In this document: in pieces, positions 41,225 to 52,345 of the stretch
Position numbering within the stretch: position 1 is the stretch's first letter
Layout of the letters: the number at the start of each line of letters is the position of its first letter
Source of the DNA: an uncultured bacterium
GTDB taxonomy: Bacteria; Babelota; Babeliae; Babelales; Babelaceae
DNA: 64,000 nucleotides
Assembly (NCBI GenBank): GCA_963722385.1
Contig: CAVRKK010000002.1
Span: 480,001-544,000 of the forward strand
Direction of reading: 5' to 3'
Notes under the pieces: generated by a model
Told to the model about the DNA's origin: nothing
The model's input: the letters and a program-made list of their open reading frames with translations, nothing else
The model's database searches: none
Program-made: the position numbers and the translations under genes

Positions 41225-41977
41225 CTATACGATTATTGGGGAGTCTATAGCAAGCTTTTTAAGTTGTTGACCTATGGTGAAAAGGAGGATACCGGCGGCT
41301 ACCGAAGCATTATATGATATGTCGGACCGTCGCTGGGGCAAGGTAACATGCTGGCCCGTCTTCAGAATTTCTGACGAAACGCCCTTGCCTTCGCTGCCTA
41401 TCACCATACAGAGCGGTTCGGTATAAGCAATTTTTGTAGCGTCCGTGCCATCTAATGTTGCCAAATACAGGGCATATCCCGCTTTTTTAAGTTCTTGGGC
41501 AGCGGCAAGCGGCGATGGAGATTGATAAATCTGCATATGCTCAGCAAGGCCGGCAGAAGCTTTAAGCGCTGCCGAGGTTAAAGGCGCACTACTTTTTTTG
41601 CAGAGCACAATACCATCAATACCTATGCAATACGCTGACCGAATAATGGCGCCCAGATTGCGAGGATCCTGAATTCCATCAAGCATAACAAGAAAGGGCT
41701 GCCGCTGTATGTCAAAAGGCTTAGCGCGGTAGACAAAGGGCGTTGCCCATGCGACAACACCTTGATGGTCGGTCGTCTGTGCCATCCTTGTCAATATGTC
41801 ACGAGAAACGTACTGGAGCTGCACCGACCTGCTCAACAAAGGCTCAATCAGATCCCATGCCTTGGGGGCCGGCTTAGTGGTATAAATCGTCACCAACGAG
41901 CGCCGTTTTGCCTTGAGCAGCTCAAGCACGGGGTGAACTCCAAAAATAAGCTCGTTTATTTTTTCTTTTTTACTCAT
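41225..41977 (-). CDS. rlmB: SPOUT/TrmH-family rRNA methyltransferase (RlmB-like)
   Basis: FGVHPV, HQGVVA, QDPRNLGAIIRSA, GSEGKG, SYNASVAAGI. Confidence 0.85.
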   Translation of the reverse strand: MSKKEKINELIFGVHPVLELLKAKRRSLVTIYTTKPAPKAWDLIEPLLSRSVQLQYVSRDILTRMAQTTDHQGVVAWATPFVYRAKPFDIQRQPFLVMLDGIQDPRNLGAIIRSAYCIGIDGIVLCKKSSAPLTSAALKASAGLAEHMQIYQSPSPLAAAQELKKAGYALYLATLDGTDATKIAYTEPLCMVIGSEGKGVSSEILKTGQHVTLPQRRSDISYNASVAAGILLFTIGQQLKKLAIDSPIIV

Positions 41978-42184
41978 AGTTTTTTACTCAGTATCGATGA
42001 TAGATAAAGTATACCATGTTTCTTGGCCAAGATAACGGCGCTTTAGCATTTTTCTGACAGAAGAGTTTTAATAATGCTACTTCATTAATAAATAGTTTCC
42101 AAAACAATGGATAAATAAAAGAAAAGCCTTAGCACCATATTCAAATGCTTGTCAGGCTACCGTTATGGCTAATGGGACTGTCTA

Positions 42185-44757
42185 CTACAGCTCTTCATTT
42201 CCTGCTGGTCCATAGTTAACAATACCGCTACTATCATAATTAACAACTCCGCTTCCCTTATAACGAGCAATATACTTCCATATAAAATAAGCAGCAATAC
42301 CAACTACTACTAATCCAGTAATACCAGCTACACCACCTACGATTGGTCCTGCTATTATGCCAATATTTATAGAACTTCCATCACCACTATTTCCATCACC
42401 TCCACCAGTACTACTCGAACTTCCAAAGATTTGGGAGATAGATACATCATCAGAGTAGAGGTTAGCTGTAGCAACCAAAGAGTCGCCTGTACCTGAAAGT
42501 GTTGGGGAGAATGCTATTGATACACAGTGTGTGGAATTGTTTGGTAAAAAATAAGAGGTGGTATTGTAAAGTATACTATTAGTGGTTTCTAAAAGAGCAA
42601 TGGTGTTTGAGCCACTATTAGCTGTAGCAAGATAGGAAGCATCTTGAGAAAGGGCGATAGAGCTTGGTTGGGCGTTACCTTGTGGTATTTGCCGAGATTG
42701 CGCGTCGGATAATGTGTTTCCAGTAATAAGAAAAAAAGAAATAGTATCAGATCCACTGTTTGACACAGCTACAATAATGTTTTGGTTATTATCTAAAAAA
42801 GAGATGATGGAAGAAGGGACTGTAGAACTTGTTGGTATAGGCTTGGAGATGCTGTTTGCTAGTGCGCCATCGACTATTTGAAAAAGCGTAACATCTTGTG
42901 ACTGAGCGTTGGCAGTTACGAGAAAGTTATTATCAGGTGTAAAAGTTAAAGCTACCGGTTGCGTAGAATTTATCAAAGGGTAAGAGAGAGGATTTTGAAG
43001 AATTCCAGCAGAGGCAGTGAAAAGTGTCACATCGCTTGAGGCGCTATTTGCTGTGGCAAGATAGGTATCATTGGGAGAAAAAGCTACTAGGAATATGAAG
43101 TTCCTCCGGCTAAAGCTCCACCAGATCCTACCTGAAATACTGTTACATTATTAGAAGACCAGTTAGCAATAGCCAGATAAGAGCCATTGGGTGAAAATGC
43201 TGCTGAAATAGGCCCTGAAGAGCCTGAGGGCAACGCATAGGATGTTCCTCCACTTAATACACCACCTACTCCTACCTGAAATATGGTAACATCATTTGAG
43301 CTATAATTAGCTGTAGCTAAATAGGAACCATTAGGCGAGAATGTTACCGCGTTAGGACTGGTAGAACCGCTTGGTAAAGCATAAGAGGTTGCTCCTGAAA
43401 GAGTTCCTCCTGCTGCAACCTGAAATACGGTTACGTTGTTTGAAACGTAATTTGCCGTAGCAAGATATAAACCGCTAGGTGAAAATGCTATTGACAGTGG
43501 ATCCAGAGAACCAGAGGGCAAAGCATATGAGATACCGCCACTTAGAGGATTTGCCGCTTGCCATATCGTTACATTATTTGATGTTTTATTAGCGGTCGCA
43601 AAATATGTTCCACTAGGAGAAAATGCTATTGAGGAAGGATAGGCAGGACCTTGTGGTAATGGATAGGAGGTTCCTGTTGATAATGCTCCCCCTGCTCCTA
43701 CAGCAAATAGTGTTATGTCGTTGGAATTTCCATTAGCGGTAGTAAGATAGGAGCCATTTGGTGAAAATGCTATTGAACCAGGGCCTGAAGAACTACCTGG
43801 TAGAGCATATGAAGTTCCTCCTGATAGTGTTCCTCCCGCTCCTACTTGAAATACCGTTACATTGCTGGAACCGAAATTAGCGGTGGTAAGATAGGAGCCA
43901 TTTGGTGAAAATGCTGCTGAGTAAGGATTGGTAGAACCGCTTGGTAAAGCATAAGAAGTTGCCCCCGACAGCACCCCTCCTGCTCCCACTTGAAATATCG
44001 TTACGTCATTTGATGTCTGATTAGCGGTAGCTAGGTATGAGCCATTAGGTGAAAATGCTATTGCATCAGGGCTGATAGAACCGCTTGGTAATGCATACGA
44101 TATTGCTCCTGACAGAGTTCCTCCAACTCCTACCTGAAATATTGTTACATCAAGTGAAAAAGCATTAGAGGTAGCAAGAAATAATCCATTTGGTGAAAAT
44201 GTTACCGCATTAGGGCTGGTAGAACCGCTTGGCAATGCATACGATGTTGCTCCTGACAGAGTTCCTCCCGCTCCTACTTGAAATATCGTCACATCATTTG
44301 AGCTAGAGTTAGCAGTAGCTAAGTAAGCTCCATCGGGAGAAAAGGTTATAGATATAGGCTGTACAGAACCTACCGGCAAAGAGTACGATGTCTCATTGGA
44401 TAATGTCCCATTTGCTCCTACTTGAAATATAGTAACATTAGCTGAATTAGAATTAGCGGTTGCAAGGTATAAGCCGTTAGGCGAAAATGCTATTCCATCA
44501 GGACCGCTGGAATCAGTTGGCAAAACATAGGTATTCCCTGTCCCTGTCGCTACACTAAATATGGCTACGTTACTCGAGTTAGTATTAGCTGTAGCTACAT
44601 AAGACCCGCTGGGAGAAAACGCTACTGAAAACGGAACCAACCCTTCGGGTGATACGTAGCTTGTTCCAGTAAGTCTACAGATAGCATGAGTTGTAAAGGA
44701 AGGTAGGAACACAAAAGCTAGTAATAAAACGGTGTACTTTAGGTAAGATTTGAACAT
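42185..44757 (-). pseudogene. Beta-propeller repeat membrane protein broken by an out-of-frame deletion near 43087
   Basis: Signal + 11 repeats of about 48 aa (FSPxGxYLATAN) end at GGTSYS*; another frame resumes VAFSPNDTYLATAN through five blades, Gly/Ser linker, TM helix and tail. Confidence 0.85.
43090..44640 (-). repeat. Tandem ~144-bp coding repeat array (11 units)
   Basis: GAGCCATTTGGTGAAAATGC recurs at 43751 and 43895 (144 bp apart). Confidence 0.9.
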
Positions 44758-44913
44758 ATGGGCTCCTTAATGACCATTGCAATGATATATTTTATTGGGG
44801 AGCATAGAAAAAAATATTCTTTTTACAAGTAGGCGCAACGCCTGTGGCTAGCCATAAGATATTAAGCAAATGTGGTATACTGAAAACGACATTTTGCTAT
44901 TCTTGAGGTACTT

Positions 44914-45246
44914 ATGCTTGAGAGAGAATTAATTGAGGGTGTTGTTAATGATGCTCGCGATAAGTTAATTAAAACCTATAATCCATGGGAAATTTATATA
45001 TTTGGGTCCTACGCCTGGGGGTACCCTACTCATGAGAGCGATCTTGACTTCCTTGTGATAGTTGACGCTGAAATTAAAGATCGTTATCGAGCGCTTGTTG
45101 AAGGATATCGCGCCTTGGTTGAGCTTCCAGTTCCTAAAGATATTTTGCTCTTGACGCGAGAAGAATTCGAGCAAGCTTCCGAGAGATTTTCGTCCTTACA
45201 CTACAAAATTAAACGGCAAGGGAAGAAGATTTATGCCAGAGCATAA
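44914..45246 (+). CDS. Minimal nucleotidyltransferase (MNT antitoxin)
   Basis: IFGSYAWG...SDLDFLV. Confidence 0.9.
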   Translation: MLERELIEGVVNDARDKLIKTYNPWEIYIFGSYAWGYPTHESDLDFLVIVDAEIKDRYRALVEGYRALVELPVPKDILLLTREEFEQASERFSSLHYKIKRQGKKIYARA

Positions 45247-45613
45247 AGATTGGCTTGTTTTTGCTGAAAGAGATCTTAAGGCCGCGACAATTCTTATATA
45301 TTCGCAAGAACCAATTCTGCCGATCGCTCTTTATCTTACACAACAATGCGCAGAGAAATCGCTTAAAGCCTTTCTTGTATTTAAAAAAATTGCGCCAGAC
45401 AAGATTCATGATCTAACACGCCTTATTAACCAATGTACAAAAATTGATCAAGAATTTAACCGTTTATTGACTTGCGCCTTAGAATTACATCCCTATGTTA
45501 GTGGCACTCGTTATCCCGATTCTTTTTTACCAATGATGGATCTTTCGCTTGCAATGTCTGCAATTCGAAGCGCAACGAATATACTTGAGTTTGTTAAGGA
45601 TAAAACATTATAA
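45233..45613 (+). CDS. HEPN domain protein
   Basis: QQCAEKSLKA, KIHDL, RYP; overlaps the MNT gene. Confidence 0.9.
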   Translation: MPEHKDWLVFAERDLKAATILIYSQEPILPIALYLTQQCAEKSLKAFLVFKKIAPDKIHDLTRLINQCTKIDQEFNRLLTCALELHPYVSGTRYPDSFLPMMDLSLAMSAIRSATNILEFVKDKTL

Positions 45614-45779
45614 CGGCACTTTAGCACTTTCCTGACGGAAAAGTTTTGATAACTCCCCTGCCGCCGACCGCGGAGGTCATTCAATGCTCGCCGCATAGGC
45701 GTTATTCCGATCTAGTCTTTGACAGAAGGCGCTTCTGATGTGAAATACCTAGCTCTTATACAAGAAATTCTAACGATAC

Positions 45780-46571
45780 TTAGCTTTCAAGTTTCGCCTG
45801 GCTTAAAAGTTTTATTTCGTCCAAAGAGAGAAGCTTATATTCCGCACCAGATTTTCCATAACTATCTTTTGTTTCTTTATAATAAGGCACGGTAGCTTCA
45901 CCCTTGTTGAGTAGCTCTGCTAAAGCGATAAAAACCTCTTTATCTGCTTCCGAGCGCGATCCTCCCTCGATAAACCACACGCTATATGCAGAATTATAAT
46001 AATAAACTTGAATACGTGGTTCGCCATATCCGAGGTCATTTTTTTCCCTAAAAATGAAAGCTATAAATGGCCGGCCAGCTTCATCATAGCTATAAAAATA
46101 GGGGCTGTTTGCCTGCACAAAATCGCTCATCCTTATATACAATGGAAGCACATAGCCATCAAGTGATATAAATCTTTTTCTTGGATTAAACGGCATAAAT
46201 GGAATCGCATTTCTCCAGGGTAATCGGGTGTGCCTCATTATTGAGCTTGCAAAAGCCCAAAATTCTTGATCTTGATTTGCTAAATTTGTTTCAAAATTAA
46301 TTGCCGCCTCAATCTGTCGCTCGTTACTTAATTCATCATATCTTTCTGTTGCAGCAGGTACGTTAACCACTTCGGTAGCATTAGCAATGGGTACCCGGGA
46401 AGTATTGCCACCATTCATGGCAAGTATTTCATAAGCATTCATGGCGAACATTTCATCGTGAATATCAACGTAGTCCCCTGATGGTTCATGCGGATTTTCC
46501 ATGCTATACGACAGAGAGCAAAGGCTCAAAAAAACCACAAACATCCCATTTTTACCATTGACAGTTTGCAT
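45780..46571 (-). CDS. Exported hypothetical protein (signal + ME)
   Basis: MFVVFLSLCSLSYS-MENPH; no recognisable domain; start position uncertain. Confidence 0.6.
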   Translation of the reverse strand: MQTVNGKNGMFVVFLSLCSLSYSMENPHEPSGDYVDIHDEMFAMNAYEILAMNGGNTSRVPIANATEVVNVPAATERYDELSNERQIEAAINFETNLANQDQEFWAFASSIMRHTRLPWRNAIPFMPFNPRKRFISLDGYVLPLYIRMSDFVQANSPYFYSYDEAGRPFIAFIFREKNDLGYGEPRIQVYYYNSAYSVWFIEGGSRSEADKEVFIALAELLNKGEATVPYYKETKDSYGKSGAEYKLLSLDEIKLLSQAKLES

Positions 46572-46757
46572 GTAATTAGCCCTCTTTACGATCAGAATAA
46601 AATTTTTGGATTTTAACATAATAGATTTTAAGCAATATATAGGTTGCTGTCAATAACGCCGAAGATCCGCGATTGCTCAACATTTTTTACCGTATTCTAT
46701 GATTATGCTCCAGCAGTCTGATAGACTAAACCTACTGGTTATTACGGGAGGGAAGAC

Positions 46758-47150
46758 ATGAAGACACGGATACCCCACATTTTAGCAACAATCATACTAT
46801 TTTATGCAGAGTCGGGTGCTCAAAATGTGCCAGCAGCCAAGCTGAACAAGCAACGTATTGAGCTCCAAAAAGAGGGGAGATCATCCAAGGACGTCGAGCG
46901 ATTTAAAAGACAGCAAGAAGTTGCTGGTTTTGTCCGCCATATGCCCAATAAAATTATACGGGACGCTGAGCTCAATAAAAACGAAGGGTACCTCGTCAAT
47001 AGCCGCAATCAGAAATGGCCGGTCTTTTTCACTGATCAAGAGCTTAATGCTCAAAACCCCGCTGCAGCAAGCAATTTCTACCTCGGCTATTTTTATGATC
47101 TTCAAGACAAAACAACCAAGCACGTATACCTTAAAACTCCTTCACTTTAA
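46758..47150 (+). CDS. Exported hypothetical protein
   Basis: RBS GGGAGG; signal-like N-terminus. Confidence 0.65.
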   Translation: MKTRIPHILATIILFYAESGAQNVPAAKLNKQRIELQKEGRSSKDVERFKRQQEVAGFVRHMPNKIIRDAELNKNEGYLVNSRNQKWPVFFTDQELNAQNPAAASNFYLGYFYDLQDKTTKHVYLKTPSL

Positions 47151-47155
47151 GCATG

Positions 47156-49906
47156 CTACTTGGTAACCTCTTGCCAATTTTTTCCCGTTCGCGCTGTCAC
47201 GAGTAAAGGAACGTTCCAATGCACGATGTTCTGCAACGTATCAATAACAAGCGGCTGCACAACACCAAGCTCAGCTTCGGGAACTGCAAGAATAAGCTCA
47301 TCGTGTATTTGCAACACAAGCCTCGATGCAAGCTGTTTGGTTGCTAAAAGCCCATCAAGTGCAATCATGCCGAGCTTCATAAGCTCTGCTTGGCTGCCCT
47401 GTATAATCGTGTTGATAGCAATGCGGCGCGCAAGCTCATATACCGTTCGGTTCTTCTCGCGAATACCGAGCACGTAGCGCCGACGCCCCCACAGCGTCTG
47501 TACGTACCCCTTTTCTTTGGCATTCTCAACAACCTCATGCATCCATGCAACAACACCAGGAAACTGAGCAAAGTATTTTTGTATATACTGTTCCGCATTT
47601 TTATAAGGAATACCAAGGTCCTTAGAAAGCCCAAAAGGGGATAGGCCATACAAGATACTAAAGTTGATGCGCTTTGCGAGCGCTCGTTGCTCGGAATGAA
47701 CATGCTCGACGGGAATATCAAAAAGGCCTGCAGCTGTTTGCGCATGAATATCGTGTCGCTCCAAAAATGCCTGCATTAATCTTGCATCCTGCGACACGTA
47801 GGCCAAAACGCGTAACTCGATTTGCGAGTAATCCGCTGACAAGAATACCTGGCCCTCTGGTGCCTTAAAGGCTGAACGAATAGGCAATGCCCCAGGGGTT
47901 GTCCCTGTTGGAATGTTTTGCAAATTAGGATCAGAACTCGCCAAGCGTCCAGTTGCTGTTGCCGTTTGGCTAAATGACGTGTGCACTCTGCCCGTATACG
48001 GATTAATAAACCCCTTTAGGGCATCAAGATAAGTGCTTTTGATCTTATAAAGCTCGCGATACTTAAGAATAAGCTCGCAAATAGGATTCAACTTGGCGAG
48101 CTCTGTCAACACCGTATGGTCAGTTGAGTACCCTGTTTTTTGCGTTGTTTTTTTTATACGCGGAAGCTTGAGCACATCGAACAACAGCTGGCCAAGCTGG
48201 CGAGGCGCATTAAGATTAATGTGCCGCCAGTCTTCTGGTATAAGCGCTCGTATTTCATCTTCAAGGGTCCGCAATTCATCTGCCACCCGTACCGAGAGCG
48301 CTTCAAGCACACCAGGATCAACGATAACGCCCTCTTTTTCCATTTTAGACAAAACGGGCAGCAGCGCCATCTCAATGGTAGAGAACAGATGCGCTTGCTG
48401 CTCTTCATCAAGCCTCTTTTGTAAAAAAGCCACGAGAGCCAACGTTTGATGCGCGTCTGCTGCAGCATATTGGGTTGCTTGATCAAGCCCAACTTCTGAA
48501 AAGTTCTTCAGCTTGCGCTTTGTTACGACTTCATCATACGTCATCATCGGCTGGTCAAGATAAAAGTTAGAAAGCCACTTAAGGCTCAACTGCTGGCCCT
48601 CTCTGCTCACTAACTGCGCTGCTATAAGCGTGTCAAAGGCAACTCCTGCAAGCGGCATGCCAGCACGAAACAAAACGAGGTCATCAAACTTTGTACTATG
48701 AAGATATTTTTTGATCGATGTATCGGCAAGTAGTGGCCCGAGACACGAAGCAACCGTCTGATAATCAAGCTGTTGCCCTTGTTTGTGCCCCAGGGGGATA
48801 TAGTAGGCAGTGCCCGGCTCAACACATAATGAAATACCAACCAGATTCGAGTCAAACGAGCGGAGAGAACTGGTCTCCGTATCAATGGCACAGTGGCCAT
48901 GCTGCATAATAAGGTCACGTATTTCATACAGTTGCTGCTTTGTTGTCACGGTGGTAAAGCGAGCGTTAAAAACGCTCTCGCCGGGGTGTGCTAATGCCTG
49001 CCTGGGTACTTCACCCTCCGGTAGCGGCAAGTCCTTAAGCAAAGACATAAAATCGAGCTCTTTAAAAAAGTCGCGCGCGTTGGCCCAATTATTCTTGCTA
49101 AACGTGCATGATTGCTCGGAAAGACCAGAAGAGTAATAGGTAAGCGCAAAAAGCTTTTCGCTCAAAAATGCTGCATCGCGCGAGGCGGCTAGCAGCTCAC
49201 GCACACGTAGCCTCTCAACGCGGTCAAGATTGGCGTAAAGATCGGCTAAAGAATCAAACTGATTGACAAGCTCCTGCGCCGTTTTAGGCCCTACCCCTTT
49301 AACGCCTGGAATGTTATCAGATGCGTCACCTATAAGAGCAAAGTAAAAAATAAGCTTACTGACGGGTACGCCATAACGCAGCTCTACCGCCTCCCTATCA
49401 AGAAACTCATCTTTAAAAGGATCAAAGATTATCATAGTATCGCTCAGGCACTGCCGCATGTCTTTGTCAGAGGTGACCATGACAGCCGTATACCCATGAG
49501 CCGTAAAATCACGCCCAATTGAATATACGAGATCATCAGCCTCAACGCCATCGCGCTCAACCTGGCAAAGACCAATGGCTGTAGCAAAGTCTTTTACGAG
49601 CTGCCGTTGATCATTTAATTCTGAGGGAGCAGCTTGACGCTGCGCTTTATAGCTCGTATACAATACCTGCCTAAACGTCGGCTTACCTGGCCGAGGGTCC
49701 CACACAATGACGCAGCATTCTGGGCTAAATTGGTTAATTAACTTCTTAATCATGCGACAAAAACCATAAACCACCTGAACCGGCTGGCCCATTTTGGTAT
49801 GCATGGGTGGAAGACTATAATACGCTCGATAAAGAAATGATGAGCCATCAATCAAAAAAATCGTATTTTTAGTATCAAAATCTTTTTTTACTATGCTTTT
49901 ACTCAT
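47156..49906 (-). CDS. polA: DNA polymerase I
   Basis: LIDGSS, GDASDNIPGV, DTET, TGRLASSDPNLQNIP, ADYSQIELR, QIHDEL. Confidence 0.98.
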   Translation of the reverse strand: MSKSIVKKDFDTKNTIFLIDGSSFLYRAYYSLPPMHTKMGQPVQVVYGFCRMIKKLINQFSPECCVIVWDPRPGKPTFRQVLYTSYKAQRQAAPSELNDQRQLVKDFATAIGLCQVERDGVEADDLVYSIGRDFTAHGYTAVMVTSDKDMRQCLSDTMIIFDPFKDEFLDREAVELRYGVPVSKLIFYFALIGDASDNIPGVKGVGPKTAQELVNQFDSLADLYANLDRVERLRVRELLAASRDAAFLSEKLFALTYYSSGLSEQSCTFSKNNWANARDFFKELDFMSLLKDLPLPEGEVPRQALAHPGESVFNARFTTVTTKQQLYEIRDLIMQHGHCAIDTETSSLRSFDSNLVGISLCVEPGTAYYIPLGHKQGQQLDYQTVASCLGPLLADTSIKKYLHSTKFDDLVLFRAGMPLAGVAFDTLIAAQLVSREGQQLSLKWLSNFYLDQPMMTYDEVVTKRKLKNFSEVGLDQATQYAAADAHQTLALVAFLQKRLDEEQQAHLFSTIEMALLPVLSKMEKEGVIVDPGVLEALSVRVADELRTLEDEIRALIPEDWRHINLNAPRQLGQLLFDVLKLPRIKKTTQKTGYSTDHTVLTELAKLNPICELILKYRELYKIKSTYLDALKGFINPYTGRVHTSFSQTATATGRLASSDPNLQNIPTGTTPGALPIRSAFKAPEGQVFLSADYSQIELRVLAYVSQDARLMQAFLERHDIHAQTAAGLFDIPVEHVHSEQRALAKRINFSILYGLSPFGLSKDLGIPYKNAEQYIQKYFAQFPGVVAWMHEVVENAKEKGYVQTLWGRRRYVLGIREKNRTVYELARRIAINTIIQGSQAELMKLGMIALDGLLATKQLASRLVLQIHDELILAVPEAELGVVQPLVIDTLQNIVHWNVPLLVTARTGKNWQEVTK

Positions 49907-50177
49907 GTTATACCAAATTATACGCAGAATTATGTAGCGTGTTCTCGAGGCAGCATGTTTACCGTATCATAACAAAATTGCTTGGGCAAACATATAAATA
50001 ATATATTCAATTAGCAAATTTGTCAATTTTTCTGATGAATTTGGCCTATCAAAATTAGTATTTTTATTGCAAAACAACGATCTTGCTGCGCTTGGCACAC
50101 GCTTGCTGAAAATAATATTTACAACACACTATGAGCAATCTATACTCGCAATAATCTCAGCAAAAAAGGGAGCTCAA

Positions 50178-51098
50178 ATGGCCAGAAAAATGTTGCCACT
50201 AATCTCATTTGTGGCCTGCTTAGCCGCATTAGGCGAAGCTGCTACCTATCCCAAAAAAGATATCGCCTGCATCACGATCCCCAAGTCAGGGACGCACCTT
50301 TTATATAAGTGCTTAAAGTTGCTCGATTCAAAAAACATTCAGCATCCCCATAAAAATGGCCTTTCTTTAGGCGACATAGCAAAAATTCGTCAGCTTAATA
50401 AACGTCAACCGCCTTATCATTATAAAGGCTTTTTTCATATACCAACGGTTGGTCCTCTACCGAACGGCATGATTCGGCGTATGCAAGCCTCGACCGAGAC
50501 GCATACCTTTTGGAATCACTGGCCTTATACGCCTCAGTGCGAAGCTGCTTTTAATAAGTATACCTACGCCAACTTCTTTATGATTCGTGACCCCCGCGAT
50601 CAGCTCGTCTCAATGGCCTTTATGATATATAAAAATCATGATGGCAAAACAGTGCCGCTCAAAAAGGTCATTCTCGACTTAATCGATGGTCGACAACAGG
50701 CTTACGTGCCCTGGGGAGTCGAAATTCAAGCAGCCTATCCTCTCATGTGGGAATTGGGTGTTGTCAGGTTTTATCGAGCTTATTTACCTTGGATGAAAGC
50801 CTCTAAATTTCATACGGTCATTTTTGAAAATCTTGTGGGCCCTCATGGTGGCGGCTCAAAGACTGCTCAAGTACGAGAAATACAAAGAATTGCACACCAC
50901 CTTGGTTTAGAGCCAACACCTTACAAAATTGAATCTGTCATTAAAAAACTCTTTGGCGGTACGTTGACGTTTAGGGAAGGGAAAATTGGCTCCTGGAAAA
51001 AATACTTTACCCCAGAAATCAAAAAAGCATTTAAAGGCACCCGCGGAGCTTGCCGTCTTCTTATAGAACTCGGCTATGAAAAGGATGCAAATTGGTGA
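50178..51098 (+). CDS. Exported PAPS-dependent sulfotransferase-family protein
   Basis: RBS AAGGGAG; signal peptide; 5'-PSB IPKSGTHLL; 3'-PB IRDPRDQLVS; FREGKIGSWK. Confidence 0.85.
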   Translation: MARKMLPLISFVACLAALGEAATYPKKDIACITIPKSGTHLLYKCLKLLDSKNIQHPHKNGLSLGDIAKIRQLNKRQPPYHYKGFFHIPTVGPLPNGMIRRMQASTETHTFWNHWPYTPQCEAAFNKYTYANFFMIRDPRDQLVSMAFMIYKNHDGKTVPLKKVILDLIDGRQQAYVPWGVEIQAAYPLMWELGVVRFYRAYLPWMKASKFHTVIFENLVGPHGGGSKTAQVREIQRIAHHLGLEPTPYKIESVIKKLFGGTLTFREGKIGSWKKYFTPEIKKAFKGTRGACRLLIELGYEKDANW

Positions 51099-52345
51099 TC
51101 AAACAATCAAGCATACGCATATGTGCTCTTACCTTTCTGCTCATAACCAGTAGCCTGAAACCGGAAACTCCCTATGACCTGACCGTGGTCAGCAGCATCG
51201 ATTTTAACGGCAGTGTTCGCCGTCATGCTATCGGCTTGATCGAATGCCTGAAAGAGCAGCTTTCGATCAATTTTATACCCTCACGAGAATGCGTTTTTGA
51301 CGATGTTGACCCCGGAGTAAAAAAAATAGTTCAAAATACCGATAGGCGGCCTGGCAACGTCGCTATTCTTGAGGACCCATTATGGTACGCCCATGCCATG
51401 CCCAAAAGCCCCATCAAGCTTGCCTTCTCCGTCAATGAGTCGACAAAACTGCCAAAGCAATTAGTAGATATCCTCAATAAGCAATTCGATGCCGTTATTG
51501 TTGCCGACCCGTATTATAAGCCTATTTATAAAACATCAGGGGTTGCCATACCGATATTTCATATACCTCTGGGAATTTATATCGATGAGTTCCTCAAAAG
51601 CCCGGAAAAGAAGGCACCGAATCACCCCTTTGTTTTCGGCTGCAGCTCACGCTTCTTCGCAAGAAAAAATTTTGAAATCTTGATCAAGGCATTCATGCAA
51701 GAATTTGGTAATAACAAAAATGTTATATTACGAATCAATGGGGGTGGCAAGCATGGGTCAGTTTTCTATTACAATCGGTTAAAAAGCATGATTAAGCAGC
51801 TCAATGCTTCCAACATCCTTATTTCCAATACGGCGCTTTCATGGAAAGCATATATTCGTTTTCTCTTGTCGATGGACTGCGTTGTCCAAATCTCTCGTGG
51901 TGAGGGATTTTCTATTGTTCCTCGTGAAGCCATGGCTGCGGGCATTCCCGCTATCGTAACCAATAACACCGCCCAGAAGACAATCTGTGCTTCCGGTTTT
52001 GTACGCGCGGTGCCAAGCGATATCTTAGTCTCGCCGCATTGCAAGGGAGACAACTGCAAAGGCTACCAATTTAACTGTACGGTAGCTGATGTTAGAAAAG
52101 CGCTGCGAGACATGTATACCAACTATAATTATTACCTTGCGTTGATGCCAAAAGCACGCACCTGGGTTAAGAAATACCGCTGGAAGAACTTGAGGAAAAA
52201 ATACTTAACGCTCTTTAAGCCTCAGCGCGTTTTGTTGGGCAACCGTAACGAAGTAACCGCTACCTATCTTATAACAACATCCAAAGCTTTATATGATAAG
52301 TATAAAAGACTACAAAGCCTCAATGCTCAAAGGGAGAAGTCATGA
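51095..52345 (+). CDS. Exported GT-B (GT4-like) glycosyltransferase
   Basis: GTGA overlap; signal-like N-terminus; RKNFEILIKAF; SRGEGFSIVPREAMAAGIPAI (EX7E). Confidence 0.85.
   Translation: MIKQSSIRICALTFLLITSSLKPETPYDLTVVSSIDFNGSVRRHAIGLIECLKEQLSINFIPSRECVFDDVDPGVKKIVQNTDRRPGNVAILEDPLWYAHAMPKSPIKLAFSVNESTKLPKQLVDILNKQFDAVIVADPYYKPIYKTSGVAIPIFHIPLGIYIDEFLKSPEKKAPNHPFVFGCSSRFFARKNFEILIKAFMQEFGNNKNVILRINGGGKHGSVFYYNRLKSMIKQLNASNILISNTALSWKAYIRFLLSMDCVVQISRGEGFSIVPREAMAAGIPAIVTNNTAQKTICASGFVRAVPSDILVSPHCKGDNCKGYQFNCTVADVRKALRDMYTNYNYYLALMPKARTWVKKYRWKNLRKKYLTLFKPQRVLLGNRNEVTATYLITTSKALYDKYKRLQSLNAQREKS

Noticed and set aside
43084..43089. Stop-codon readthrough or recoding at TAG TAG in the propeller gene
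   Set aside because: The downstream homology is in a different frame and part of the repeat is missing, so it is a deletion. Housekeeping genes use TAA, TAG and TGA as normal stops.
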